DNA of 39,294 bases from contig CAZYFB010000002.1 in assembly GCA_964646655.1 (NCBI GenBank), positions 1 through 39,294 of the forward strand, written 5' to 3'. Shown here piece by piece: positions 1 through 9,218 of this stretch. The DNA is from an uncultured bacterium (GTDB taxonomy: Bacteria; Fidelibacterota; Marinisomatia; SCGC-AAA003-L08; D37C17). Every line of letters begins with the position of its first letter. Positions within the stretch are counted from its first letter, which is position 1. Both the position numbers and the translations under genes were made by a program. The notes below the pieces were generated by a model. The model was not told the DNA's origin. It made no database searches and worked only from the letters and a program-made list of their open reading frames with translations.

Positions 1-2
1 GG

Positions 3-1028
3 ATATATATTAATGATGTTGATATTTCAAAAGGTAATTTCCTTTGGGATATTCCAAATATAGTTAGCAAATCAAATCAATGTATGATCAAAATTGAAGC
101 TGAAGATGCAGAATTTGAGTATCAAGATAGTCTTAAATTATTTACAATTAATGCTGCTCCAATAATTGTTATTAATAATAATATTAGTGACACTGTTAAA
201 ACAAATATGCCCTTTACAATCAATACCTCAATTAAAAATGCAAATAACAATTTATTTAATTTATACTATTCTCTTTCAAATGGTATTAGCTGGACTTCTA
301 TTGAAGATAAAATGGAATCTAAAAATTATTTATGGAATGTTCCTTCAATTAAAGGATTTAAAAATATATTACTTAAAGCTGAATTGGTAAGTGATAATCA
401 AATTTATGATATAAAAAAATATAAAATTCTTGAACAAAGTATAAATCTAACGTTGCTAAATCCCAATGGTAATGAAAAGTATAAAGTTGGTGAAAGCATT
501 GATATCATATGGAGTATTAAAAAAATATATGACAAGACAATTGATATTTATTTTTCTACTGATGGAGGAAATAATTGGAAAATAATTAAAATAAATGCAC
601 CTAATTCCGGAAAATATAAATGGACTGTTAATGAAGATTTAAATTCTAGCACAAAATGTAAAGTAAAAGTTCAAAGTAATATAGATAAAAATATTTTTGA
701 TGTTAGTGATGGAATGTTTTCAATTGATGGAATAATTGAAACATTTAACATAATTACACCTAATGGTGGTGATTTAGTTTACTCTGGAACTTCTACTTTT
801 ATATATTGGGAAAATATAAAAAACCAAACAACTAAAGTTAATTTATTTTATAGTATTGATAATGGTAAAAATTGGAAATTAATAGAAAATGAAGTGGAAA
901 ATAATGGGGTATATAATTGGGTTGTTCCTCCATCAATTAATTTTAGTAATAAATGTTTAGTAAAAATAGTTTCAACTAAAAATTCTAAATTTATTGGAAT
1001 GTCAGATCAAGTTTTTACTATAAAATAA
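3..1028 (+). CDS. Secreted repeat protein, 5'-truncated by the window edge; tandem ~100-aa repeats each carrying an Asp-box-like SxDxGxxW motif
   Basis: The frame of ORF 84..1028 stays open back to nt 3 (IYINDVDISKGNFLWDIPNIVSKSNQCMIKIE). That upstream piece matches the repeat endings seen later (GKYKWTVNEDLNSSTKCKVKVQS; GVYNWVVPPSINFSNKCLVKIVS). The repeats contain YFSTDGGNNWKII, FYSIDNGKNWKLI and YYSLSNGISWTSI. Confidence 0.7.
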   Translation: MYINDVDISKGNFLWDIPNIVSKSNQCMIKIEAEDAEFEYQDSLKLFTINAAPIIVINNNISDTVKTNMPFTINTSIKNANNNLFNLYYSLSNGISWTSIEDKMESKNYLWNVPSIKGFKNILLKAELVSDNQIYDIKKYKILEQSINLTLLNPNGNEKYKVGESIDIIWSIKKIYDKTIDIYFSTDGGNNWKIIKINAPNSGKYKWTVNEDLNSSTKCKVKVQSNIDKNIFDVSDGMFSIDGIIETFNIITPNGGDLVYSGTSTFIYWENIKNQTTKVNLFYSIDNGKNWKLIENEVENNGVYNWVVPPSINFSNKCLVKIVSTKNSKFIGMSDQVFTIK

Positions 1029-1036
1029 AATTATTT

Positions 1037-1786
1037 ATGAAGAAAAATACACAGATAAATACACATTTAATTTTTGGCTTAAATAATTCAATAGAGATAT
1101 TTAAATCTGAAAAAGTAAATTTAGATTCTATTTATTTATTAAAAGATGGACAGGCTTCTAAAAATAAATTTATTTTAGATTGTATAAAAAAATATAGAAA
1201 CATATGTAAAACTTACGATAAAAACTCTTTCAAAAAACTGTTTCCTAATATGAGAACTCAAGGTATTGTAATTAAATTCCCTTATTCTCTTAAAAATCAA
1301 CTTCCTAGTTTTACTAAAAATAATACATGCTTGTTGCTTCCAGATTCAATTGAGGACCCACAAAATTTAGGGCAAATAATAAGAACATCAGAATGTGCTG
1401 GCATTGATGGAATTATGATTCCAAAAAATAGAAGTGTTGGTTTAACAAGTACTGTTTTACAGGTGAGTCAAGGTGCATTTTTAAATTTACCTCTTTATAA
1501 TATTGGCAATGTTAATCAAACTTTGAATTTTCTTAAAAAAGAAGGTTTTTGGATTGTTGGTGTTGAAAATGGTGTTAATGCATTGAATTGGTTTGATATA
1601 GATTATTCTGGAAAAATTGTTTTTGTTTTTGGTAGCGAAGGTAAAGGCATAAGAGAAAAAACATTAAAAAATTGTGATTCAATAGCAACGATTCCCATGC
1701 TTGGTTCAATAAATTCACTAAATGTTTCTGCTACTGTTAGTGCAATTTTATTTGAAAGAAATAGACAACTTCAAAATAATAAATAA
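1037..1786 (+). CDS. rlmB: SpoU/TrmH-family RNA 2'-O-ribose methyltransferase, RlmB-like (23S rRNA Gm2251-type)
   Basis: SpoU motifs are present: EDPQNLGQIIRTSECAGIDGI, VFGSEGKGIREKTLKNCD and IPMLGSINSLNVSATVSAILFE. The N-terminal substrate-binding-like region (LIFGLNNSIEIFKSE...IYLLKD) is typical of RlmB. Confidence 0.7.
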   Translation: MKKNTQINTHLIFGLNNSIEIFKSEKVNLDSIYLLKDGQASKNKFILDCIKKYRNICKTYDKNSFKKLFPNMRTQGIVIKFPYSLKNQLPSFTKNNTCLLLPDSIEDPQNLGQIIRTSECAGIDGIMIPKNRSVGLTSTVLQVSQGAFLNLPLYNIGNVNQTLNFLKKEGFWIVGVENGVNALNWFDIDYSGKIVFVFGSEGKGIREKTLKNCDSIATIPMLGSINSLNVSATVSAILFERNRQLQNNK

Positions 1787-1957
1787 GCAATTGTAGAATA
1801 TTTGTAGTAGATAACATTGTATAAATAGCTTATATATTTAAAAAATCATATTACAATATTTTACAAATTAACATAATTAATAATTTAATTATTAAGTAAT
1901 TAGCTTTATATTTGTCTGATACAATAATACTTAATAATTAAGGTTGGGAGTTTTTAT
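1787..1957 (+). promoter_or_regulatory. Largest intergenic gap in the window; probable promoter/leader of the pilus operon, with a GGGAG RBS about 8 nt before the ATG at 1958
   Basis: 171-bp non-coding AT-rich spacer upstream of the first pil gene. GGGAG lies at about 1946..1950. TATATTTG at 1907..1914 fits the Bacteroidetes-type -7 element TAnnTTTG, but I see no convincing -33 TTG partner. Confidence 0.3.
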
Positions 1958-2374
1958 ATGTTTAACAAATTTAAAGTAATCAAAAATAAAGCTACGCAAG
2001 GTTTTACCTTAGTAGAAATTTTAGTTGTACTGGTAATTGTAGCAATATTGGCTGGTTTAGCTTTTGTTTCCTACAGGGGTTATGTAGATAAAGGTTATGC
2101 TTCTGAAGCAGAATTATTGCTTAAAGAGGTATCTTCTGCTTCTGAGATGTATGAAGCTATGCATGGCGGACAACAAACAACGCTTGATGAGCTTGAATCT
2201 AAAGCTTTTATTGATGTAAGTGATGCTTTAAAAAGAAAATGGAAAGTAGAGATTTCTGGTGATATGTTTATAGCTACAAGTTCTGATGAAATGGATGGTG
2301 GTGCTGGAAAAGAGTTAAGATATGATAGAACTACTGGTGATTTTAGTGGATATGGATTTGAGGCTTCTGAATAA
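1958..2374 (+). CDS. pilA: Type IV (pseudo)pilin, probable major pilin; short and Cys-free
   Basis: Class III signal MFNKFKVIKNKATQG|FTLVEILVVLVIVAILAGLA (G-1, F+1, E+5) followed by a hydrophobic alpha1 helix. It is the first gene of the pil block. Confidence 0.8.
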   Translation: MFNKFKVIKNKATQGFTLVEILVVLVIVAILAGLAFVSYRGYVDKGYASEAELLLKEVSSASEMYEAMHGGQQTTLDELESKAFIDVSDALKRKWKVEISGDMFIATSSDEMDGGAGKELRYDRTTGDFSGYGFEASE

Positions 2375-3432
2375 TGTCTCCAAACATAAATGATTTGTTA
2401 AAATATGCTATAGAAGCAAAAGCTTCAGATTTGCATTTAAGTACAGGGTCAATTCCAATGGTGAGAATTGATGGAGTAATGCAAACATTACAACTTCCTG
2501 TTATGACAAAAGATCAAATGGTTAAAATCAGTGAAGAAATACTTAATAACAATCAAAGTAAAATATTATCAGATGATCTAGAGATAGATTTTTCTTATGA
2601 ATTAGAAAATTTTGGTAGGTTTAGAGTTAACTTTTTTAATCAAATAAATGGAATGGCTGCAGCATTTAGAATTATACCTTCTACTATTTTATCATCAGAG
2701 GAATTATCTATCCCTCCAATCATAAATCAATTAGCATTTCTTGATAAGGGTTTAGTTTTATTGACAGGTCCAACTGGTAGTGGTAAGTCTACAACTTTAG
2801 CAGCTATGATTAATCATATTAATGAAAATAAGAATAAACATATTATAACTATTGAAGATCCAGTCGAATATTACCATAGTTCAGTTAAATCATTAATTAA
2901 TCAAAGAGAGTTAGGTCATTCTACTCACTCTTTTTCAAAAGCGTTAAAGTCTGCTTTAAGAGAAGATCCTGATGTAATTCTTGTTGGAGAAATGAGAGAT
3001 TTAGAAACTATTCAGCTAGCCTTAACCGCAGCAGAAACAGGTCATTTAGTTTTATCTACACTTCATACATCAAATGCAGTGAAAACTATAGACAGAATTA
3101 TAGATGTTTACCCTTCTGGACAGAAAGATCAAATAAGATCAATGTTATCTGAGAGTCTTGAAGCAGTGATTGCTCAAAAGCTATTACCTAACAAATCAGG
3201 AAAAGGAAGAGTACCTGCGTCTGAAATACTTGTTGCTAATTCAGCCGTAAGAAATCTAATTAGAGAAGATAAGATTTATCAGATACCATCAATAATTCAA
3301 TCTGGCGCTCAAGAAGGAATGCAATCTTTAGATCAAGATTTACAAAGATTAGTTTCGCAAGGAATTATTGATAAAGAAGATGCAAAATATGTGGCTGACA
3401 ATCCAGAGATTTTTGAAAAAGCAATATTTTAG
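2374..3432 (+). CDS. pilT: Type IV pilus retraction ATPase PilT
   Basis: Walker A GPTGSGKSTT, Asp box EDPVEY, Walker B ILVGEMRD, His box GHLVLSTLHT, and the PilT-type AVRNLIRE motif. 352 aa. Its start overlaps the pilin stop (ATAATG). Confidence 0.9.
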   Translation: MSPNINDLLKYAIEAKASDLHLSTGSIPMVRIDGVMQTLQLPVMTKDQMVKISEEILNNNQSKILSDDLEIDFSYELENFGRFRVNFFNQINGMAAAFRIIPSTILSSEELSIPPIINQLAFLDKGLVLLTGPTGSGKSTTLAAMINHINENKNKHIITIEDPVEYYHSSVKSLINQRELGHSTHSFSKALKSALREDPDVILVGEMRDLETIQLALTAAETGHLVLSTLHTSNAVKTIDRIIDVYPSGQKDQIRSMLSESLEAVIAQKLLPNKSGKGRVPASEILVANSAVRNLIREDKIYQIPSIIQSGAQEGMQSLDQDLQRLVSQGIIDKEDAKYVADNPEIFEKAIF

Positions 3433-3434
3433 AA

Positions 3435-3896
3435 ATGGAAAAAATTGAATCAGGATTTACCTTAGTAGAGGTAGTTATTACAGCATTAATTATAGTTATG
3501 ATTACTGGTTCAATTATGTATGGAGTGGCAACTACTGATAATTCTTTAAGAAATGTAGAATTAAGGCATAGAGCATTTAATACCCTTGCAAATAAAATGG
3601 AGGAATTTAAAGCTCAAGTTGCATTAAACAGAATACAAAATTCTAGCGATAGAGATAGAAGGGTATGCATTGAATACAAAACAATTAGAGATATGGTTAA
3701 TCAGACTGGTGCTGGTACGGGGTGCCAAACAATAGGATATCTTTCTCATAATATTAGATCGAGAAAAACAGAAAGTAATCAGGCGCAGATTTTTGATATA
3801 GAAGGTAATTTAAGGTATAAGGTGATGTCAAGGTTTGGCAGAGCTGGTAAAGATACAATAATTACGCTTAATGTAAGTCAATTAGTATTTAATTAA
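3435..3896 (+). CDS. Minor (pseudo)pilin with prepilin-type N-terminal cleavage/methylation motif
   Basis: MEKIESG|FTLVEVVITALIIVMITG. Confidence 0.7.
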   Translation: MEKIESGFTLVEVVITALIIVMITGSIMYGVATTDNSLRNVELRHRAFNTLANKMEEFKAQVALNRIQNSSDRDRRVCIEYKTIRDMVNQTGAGTGCQTIGYLSHNIRSRKTESNQAQIFDIEGNLRYKVMSRFGRAGKDTIITLNVSQLVFN

Positions 3897-3903
3897 TTAC
3901 AGT

Positions 3904-4470
3904 ATGAAAAAGTTAAATGAAGGTTTTACAATTATTGAATTAATGATATCTATTATGATAGCGTCGGTTGTAGTTGGCGGTCTAGTTTATGTTGTAGGTG
4001 AATCAAATTTTTACTTGAGAAAACAAATGTATAGAGAAAATGTTAAAAAATATGCTGATAATGTATTAAATGATATTTTTTTAACAGCTATAAATGCTAA
4101 TGAAGTAAATATCGATAATGATGGTCAAATAATATGTGGATTTAGAACATCAAATGGCTCATCAGATTCATTAAAGGTATATGATTATAGAATTAATCAA
4201 GGAATATTAGTTGATGGAAGGCCTTTAGAATATGCCTTTTTTCATAATAAGGACAAAAATAAAAACTATTATATGCAAATTACAGAGTTCAAAGCAAAAA
4301 CTGCCTTTGATGGTATAGGTGTAGATCCAGAGTTAAGAGATGCGGTAGTTGATATTTTTTTGGGCATTCAACTAAATTATAACAGGGGTAGTAATAAGGT
4401 TAATGAAAGTTTTCCTTTTCAAAAAACAATCTTTACAAGAAAAGCAGCTGTTTATAGCGATAATAACTAA
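3904..4470 (+). CDS. Minor (pseudo)pilin with prepilin-type N-terminal cleavage/methylation motif
   Basis: MKKLNEG|FTIIELMISIMIASVVVGG. Confidence 0.7.
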   Translation: MKKLNEGFTIIELMISIMIASVVVGGLVYVVGESNFYLRKQMYRENVKKYADNVLNDIFLTAINANEVNIDNDGQIICGFRTSNGSSDSLKVYDYRINQGILVDGRPLEYAFFHNKDKNKNYYMQITEFKAKTAFDGIGVDPELRDAVVDIFLGIQLNYNRGSNKVNESFPFQKTIFTRKAAVYSDNN

Positions 4471-6449
4471 TGATGAAAAACAAAATAAATAAAGGCGGTA
4501 TTTTAGCATTCACTCTTCTTATTGGTATGACTGGAGTTTCATTTGTTTTAGGATTTTATGGATGGGCAATGAATCAAAATTATTACAACAATAGAAGAAT
4601 AGCAAAAATAAAAGCATTTTACAATGCAGAAACTGGAATGGCTAGAAAAGCATACGAATATTTGTGGAAAGTAGACTTTGTTGAGGGTTATGAAGGTCTT
4701 GATGGTGAGACTATTGATAAAAATATGGGTTATTATTTGCAACCTGAGTTTTCATTTGATAGATCGGGTAATAGAATTGCAGAAGTTTATGGTATTCATG
4801 AAGTCAGAACTAGATCAGGCGAAATGTATCCTTGTTCAGTCCTTGTTGCTATGCCAGCAAAGCCACAAACGCTTGGGATATATATGTATTTAACAGATTC
4901 TGAAGAAGCTGGTGGAGCACCATTTACATTTGATGGTCCAGGAGATCGAAGAGAAGTAAATTTTGGCAGTAATGATATTTTAGACGGCATTGTACAAAGT
5001 AATGGTCAATTAGTAGTAAGTGATTATGGGTGTCCAGATTTTGAAGATGCCACTGTTCATTTAACAAATAGCAATCCTATAGATTTAGGAGGCTGTTCAT
5101 CTTATCAAGAAATGTTTGGAGGCTGGGGATCAGATGTTGACACTTTATCTAAACCACCAGTTAAACTTCCACCCGCAGGCTATCAAACATTAAAAAATGT
5201 TGCCACTCATGTGATTGAGGCTGATAGAAAAATTTTTAATAACCCTCCAAATAAAGATACATTGATTATGACAGATATTGAATTTTTAGATAATGGAGAA
5301 TACAAAGTTAAACAGTGGTGGTATTTGATGCCTCCACATTTAAAGCCTTGTATTGATTCAGATGATGCAACATTTCCATTTTCAGATGATTTATATTTAA
5401 GGGATCAGGGTGAATATGTTGGGCAATGTGATCATGAAGATCATGCAGCAGATTTACGTTCATGCCCACAGTATACCGACTTTTTAGCATCATATCATGG
5501 AAAGTATGCTGAATCATTTTCATTATATCAAGATCAATTTTTGAATTCAACAATTTCTGGTCCAGCTGGTCTTCATCATTTTGATATGGATCGAATGTAT
5601 TATGACGAAGATGGTTTATGTAGTTGTTCTACACCTCCATGTGTTATTGAAACAGAAATACTTAACCAAACTTTTCCAGGAGGCAATGATAAGGTTATAT
5701 ATGTAAAGGGAGGTCCAGTAAGAGTTCATGGAGTTTATTCTGGAAGGTATACAGTAGTTACAGATGAATTTACTGAATATAGAAGGCATGCATGGACTGG
5801 TCCAAATATTCCAGTTGATACTATTTGGAATAATATTTGGATAACTAGTGATTTAATTAACAAGGATGCTATAGGTTACCCATCTGGAGCACCGGTTTAT
5901 GTGCAAAGTGGAAATATGTCTGAATGGCAACCAGGTGATGGTTGCGAAGGTGGTTCTGATAATATAATGGGTCTAGTCTCTGGAGCAAATATTTATATTG
6001 CAAATACATTTGATAATGGTCGTGCTAACCGTGGTGCTTTAGGAGATGTGGTAATAAATGCAGGTTTAGTTGCTTTAAATGAATCTTTCACTATTCAATA
6101 TTGGCAAAATACTACAAGTAGTATAACTTCATATATATATCCTCTTGGAACCCAGACTGCCCATGACCCACCATGGGGTGATGGTAGAGGTCTTAACTTT
6201 GGTAGTACTGGAGATAATGATTTGAGAGGTTATGTTTATTTATGGGGTGGTGTAGTTCAAAAATACAGAGGTTACATGAAAAGAAACCCAACAAGTCCGT
6301 ATAGCAATGCATCGGTTGGAATGGATAAGAGTTATCATTATGATGCAAATTTAGATTGTAATCCACCACCATTTTACCCAGCGATTGAGTTTGATGATGG
6401 AAGTGGTGAACTTGATATTAAAATTGTAGGATATAATAGTACTTTTTAA
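4470..6449 (+). CDS. Large pilus-associated protein with a PilX-N-like hydrophobic N-terminus; the rest is an orphan ~620-aa domain (candidate tip or adhesin component)
   Basis: N-terminus KGGILAFTLLIGMTGVSFVLGFYGW lacks the G|F..E pilin cleavage motif and resembles PilX N-terminal anchors. The gene sits directly after the minor pilins and its start overlaps the preceding stop. I recognise no family for the remainder. Confidence 0.45.
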   Translation: MMKNKINKGGILAFTLLIGMTGVSFVLGFYGWAMNQNYYNNRRIAKIKAFYNAETGMARKAYEYLWKVDFVEGYEGLDGETIDKNMGYYLQPEFSFDRSGNRIAEVYGIHEVRTRSGEMYPCSVLVAMPAKPQTLGIYMYLTDSEEAGGAPFTFDGPGDRREVNFGSNDILDGIVQSNGQLVVSDYGCPDFEDATVHLTNSNPIDLGGCSSYQEMFGGWGSDVDTLSKPPVKLPPAGYQTLKNVATHVIEADRKIFNNPPNKDTLIMTDIEFLDNGEYKVKQWWYLMPPHLKPCIDSDDATFPFSDDLYLRDQGEYVGQCDHEDHAADLRSCPQYTDFLASYHGKYAESFSLYQDQFLNSTISGPAGLHHFDMDRMYYDEDGLCSCSTPPCVIETEILNQTFPGGNDKVIYVKGGPVRVHGVYSGRYTVVTDEFTEYRRHAWTGPNIPVDTIWNNIWITSDLINKDAIGYPSGAPVYVQSGNMSEWQPGDGCEGGSDNIMGLVSGANIYIANTFDNGRANRGALGDVVINAGLVALNESFTIQYWQNTTSSITSYIYPLGTQTAHDPPWGDGRGLNFGSTGDNDLRGYVYLWGGVVQKYRGYMKRNPTSPYSNASVGMDKSYHYDANLDCNPPPFYPAIEFDDGSGELDIKIVGYNSTF

Positions 6450-6467
6450 AAATTAAATGAGAATTAA

Positions 6468-7505
6468 ATGAAAATAGGAATAGATTTTGGGCATTACTCT
6501 ATTAAAATAGTTGCCATGGATAATAATAAAGTTCAAATTATTGGAGAAAAAAGAATAGCTGAAGATATGGTTGGATTTGATTCAGATAAATTAGAATCAT
6601 CTCATTGGGTTTCGGCATTTAATAGCTTATGCGATGAATTAAATTTGAAGATAAAAAAAACTGATACTGTAGTTTCTTCAATAGCTGGCTCAAAGGTTAG
6701 CATTAAGCCAATGACAACTTTAGAAATGGAAGAATCTGAATTAGTTGATATACTAAATTTTGAAGCAAAAAAGCATGTTCCATTGGATGGTAGTGATCCA
6801 GTTGTTGATTATCATATATTAGGCCAAAATCCAAAAGAAATAGATAAAATAGATATGATTTTAGTTGCAACGACACAAAAAATTATTAAAGCACATAATT
6901 CAATTGTTAAGGGATGTGGTTTAAGAAATTCTATTTTTGATGCAGATCCTCTAGCTTTGCTGAATTGCTATAATTATAACTATGAATCATTAGAGAATAA
7001 TGTAGATGTTTTATTAAATATAGGCTTAATAAATACAACTATTATGGTTTTTGGTAAAAACCAAGAGATTTTCACAAGAGAAATATCTATTGCTGGTCAT
7101 CATATAACTACAGAATTAATGAAATTAAAAAAAATAGATTATAAAACATCTGAAAAAAATAAAATTGAAGAAGGTGTTGATGCTTTTACTTCTTTAAAAG
7201 ATGAAGATCAAGAGTCATCCATTCAAGTATCTCAGAGAAATATCCTTTCTGAATTATCTGATGAAATCAGAAAAACTCTGAGATATTATATGAAATCTAA
7301 AGTTGGAGTTTCATACAATAAATTTTATATATCAGGTGGAACAGCATTAATGAGAGGTTTAAAAAGCTTTTTAAATACTAGCTTAAATGTAGATTTCGTA
7401 ACTTTAGACCCATTTATTAAAACTGAATTTAATGAAGAGATAGATAATCCATCTAAATATTCTGTTTCTTTTGGGTTAGCTTTAAGAGATTTGGAAAAAG
7501 AATAA
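6468..7505 (+). CDS. pilM: Type IV pilus assembly protein PilM (actin-like ATPase fold)
   Basis: IGIDFGHYSIKIVAM ... LLNIGLINTTIMVFGKNQEIFTREISIAGHHITTELMK ... FYISGGTALMRGLKSFL; followed by PilN/O-like genes. Confidence 0.8.
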   Translation: MKIGIDFGHYSIKIVAMDNNKVQIIGEKRIAEDMVGFDSDKLESSHWVSAFNSLCDELNLKIKKTDTVVSSIAGSKVSIKPMTTLEMEESELVDILNFEAKKHVPLDGSDPVVDYHILGQNPKEIDKIDMILVATTQKIIKAHNSIVKGCGLRNSIFDADPLALLNCYNYNYESLENNVDVLLNIGLINTTIMVFGKNQEIFTREISIAGHHITTELMKLKKIDYKTSEKNKIEEGVDAFTSLKDEDQESSIQVSQRNILSELSDEIRKTLRYYMKSKVGVSYNKFYISGGTALMRGLKSFLNTSLNVDFVTLDPFIKTEFNEEIDNPSKYSVSFGLALRDLEKE

Positions 7506-7509
7506 TAAT

Positions 7510-8109
7510 ATGAATGATAAATTAATACAAATAAACCTAAATCAAACTGTTAGTCGCTTTGAACTTGCAGAAATTAAAAAAGAAAAAAATCGTTGGATTA
7601 TATTTGGATCATTTTCTTTTTTATTTATTTTACTTTTAGTGTTCAATTATTTCATTCTTAATCAGTATAACAATCTAATTTCATCAAGATTAACAGATGC
7701 TGATAAATTAATAGCCGACTCAAATTTAATTCGTAAAAACTATGAAAATTACAACAAAGGCTCTGGAGAAATTGATTTATCTATTAGTCAAGCTGATATT
7801 GATAGATTGTTTGAGGTAGAATCTGACAGGATAGCTCTAGCTAGAAAATTAGAATTATTAGCGTTTGATATTCCAGAGACTATGTCATTGCTTGATTTTG
7901 AGTATCATTATGACAAAAGAGAGGCAATTATCACATTAATATCTGAGGTTGATAAATATACTGATAATAAAGAGTTATTAATTGATAATATTACAAGGAA
8001 TTTTATGAGTCAAGGTGATTTCAATTCTTACGATATCAGACCAGAAAAAGACAATCATAAACAGCAAGAATACTATAAAGTAATTTTAACATTAACAAAT
8101 AAAAAATAA
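7510..8109 (+). CDS. PilN-like bitopic inner-membrane pilus alignment protein
   Basis: Single N-proximal TM (WIIFGSFSFLFILLLVFNYFIL) followed by a coiled-coil-like segment. Assignment rests on position between pilM and the pilO-like gene. The sequence is too divergent for me to recognise directly. Confidence 0.5.
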   Translation: MNDKLIQINLNQTVSRFELAEIKKEKNRWIIFGSFSFLFILLLVFNYFILNQYNNLISSRLTDADKLIADSNLIRKNYENYNKGSGEIDLSISQADIDRLFEVESDRIALARKLELLAFDIPETMSLLDFEYHYDKREAIITLISEVDKYTDNKELLIDNITRNFMSQGDFNSYDIRPEKDNHKQQEYYKVILTLTNKK

Positions 8110-8122
8110 CAATGGATTATTA

Positions 8123-8704
8123 ATGAATAGAAATATATTTTTTATATCATCACTATTAATATTTATGATATGCTCATATGCAATCAACAATTGGGTAAAA
8201 ATAATTGACGTTCCAAATGCTGAATCAGTTTATATGAGCAATAAAAAATCAAAAATTAGAAAAGTAAAAGTTTATCATAAAAAAGCTAAAGATAATTATA
8301 TTTTTTCAAAAATGATGGCAAATGATAAACAGTCTCTAATTGACGCGGTAATAACTAATCATCCTAAATTTTGGGAAGCTAATTCTGAAGCAGGTATTTA
8401 TGAAGGTTTTGACTCAAAGTTTGATAAGCTAGTTCAAAGCATAATTAAAAATGAAGACTTAGATATTGATTTTAAGAGAAGCATCAAGTTGGGCACTGCT
8501 CGCTATGCGAATAATATTAATAAACAATTATATCAATTAGAGTTTAGTTGTGAATATGATAATCTAGTAAAATTTGTATCTACACTTGAAAAAGATAATC
8601 GTATTTATAACATTGAAGAACTTAAAATTAAAAATCCGATACAAAAAAATTCACCAGGCGTTTATGTGCATATGAAAGTAAACGAAATTAATATAGGTAA
8701 ATAA
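8123..8704 (+). CDS. PilO-like bitopic pilus alignment protein
   Basis: N-terminal TM IFFISSLLIFMICSYAI. The C-terminal YQLEFSCEYDNLVKFVSTLEKDNRIYNIEELKIKN resembles the PilO ferredoxin-like core. Position also supports the call. Confidence 0.5.
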   Translation: MNRNIFFISSLLIFMICSYAINNWVKIIDVPNAESVYMSNKKSKIRKVKVYHKKAKDNYIFSKMMANDKQSLIDAVITNHPKFWEANSEAGIYEGFDSKFDKLVQSIIKNEDLDIDFKRSIKLGTARYANNINKQLYQLEFSCEYDNLVKFVSTLEKDNRIYNIEELKIKNPIQKNSPGVYVHMKVNEINIGK

Positions 8705-8707
8705 ATT

Positions 8708-9211
8708 ATGAATTTGAGACAACAGTTTTTTTGGAAGTTATTAATTGGTTTATCATCATTTATGATTCTTTTGACAATTTATAATTCATATTCAAAATTT
8801 TCTGAATTTGTAGATTATAAAAAAGAGTATAAAAAAGAATCAGAAGTTAAAGATAACAAAAATATGGAAAGAAAAACTGATTTTATATCTGAAGAACAAA
8901 ATATTAGAATTCAATATAAACCTGATCTTGTAAGCCTTATTGAAAAAACTATAACAGGACATACTAGAGCGGGTATCAAAACAGATTCAAAAACAGATTG
9001 GGAATCTAATGATCCAATTTTTAGAGGTGTTACAAATAATAGGGCAATGATAGACTATAGAACATCTAAGGGTAGTTTTTATAAAAAAGGTCAAAATATT
9101 GAGGGGACTGATATGATAATCGAGTCTTATTCTAGAGATTCTGTTATAATTAAATACCCTACTGGTTTAAGAGTTTTTTATGTTGAAAGTTATCAAGAAT
9201 TTAAAAAATAA
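8708..9211 (+). CDS. PilP-like small anchored protein (assigned by position only)
   Basis: N-terminal TM/anchor LLIGLSSFMILLTIY, small beta-rich C-terminus, immediately upstream of the secretin. Confidence 0.35.
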   Translation: MNLRQQFFWKLLIGLSSFMILLTIYNSYSKFSEFVDYKKEYKKESEVKDNKNMERKTDFISEEQNIRIQYKPDLVSLIEKTITGHTRAGIKTDSKTDWESNDPIFRGVTNNRAMIDYRTSKGSFYKKGQNIEGTDMIIESYSRDSVIIKYPTGLRVFYVESYQEFKK

Positions 9212-9218
9212 TAAATAT

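Noticed and set aside
1877-1895. Perfect 9+1+9 palindrome TTAATAATT-T-AATTATTAA upstream of the pilin gene, as a possible operator
   Set aside because: It is composed only of A/T in an almost pure A/T spacer. A 9-bp inverted repeat in a two-letter context is expected by chance at an appreciable rate over 170 bp, so it is not evidence on its own.
4548-5553. Short ORFs at 4548..4742(-), 4678..4893(+), 4796..4990(-) and 5308..5553(-)
   Set aside because: All are nested in or antisense to the 659-aa gene that is translationally coupled to the minor pilins. None has a supporting RBS or motif.
9180-9218. Track start codon 9180 for the secretin
   Set aside because: It would overlap the upstream gene by 32 nt and add a non-signal-like basic extension. 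ATG 9219 (or 9231) follows the upstream stop and immediately precedes the hydrophobic signal segment.
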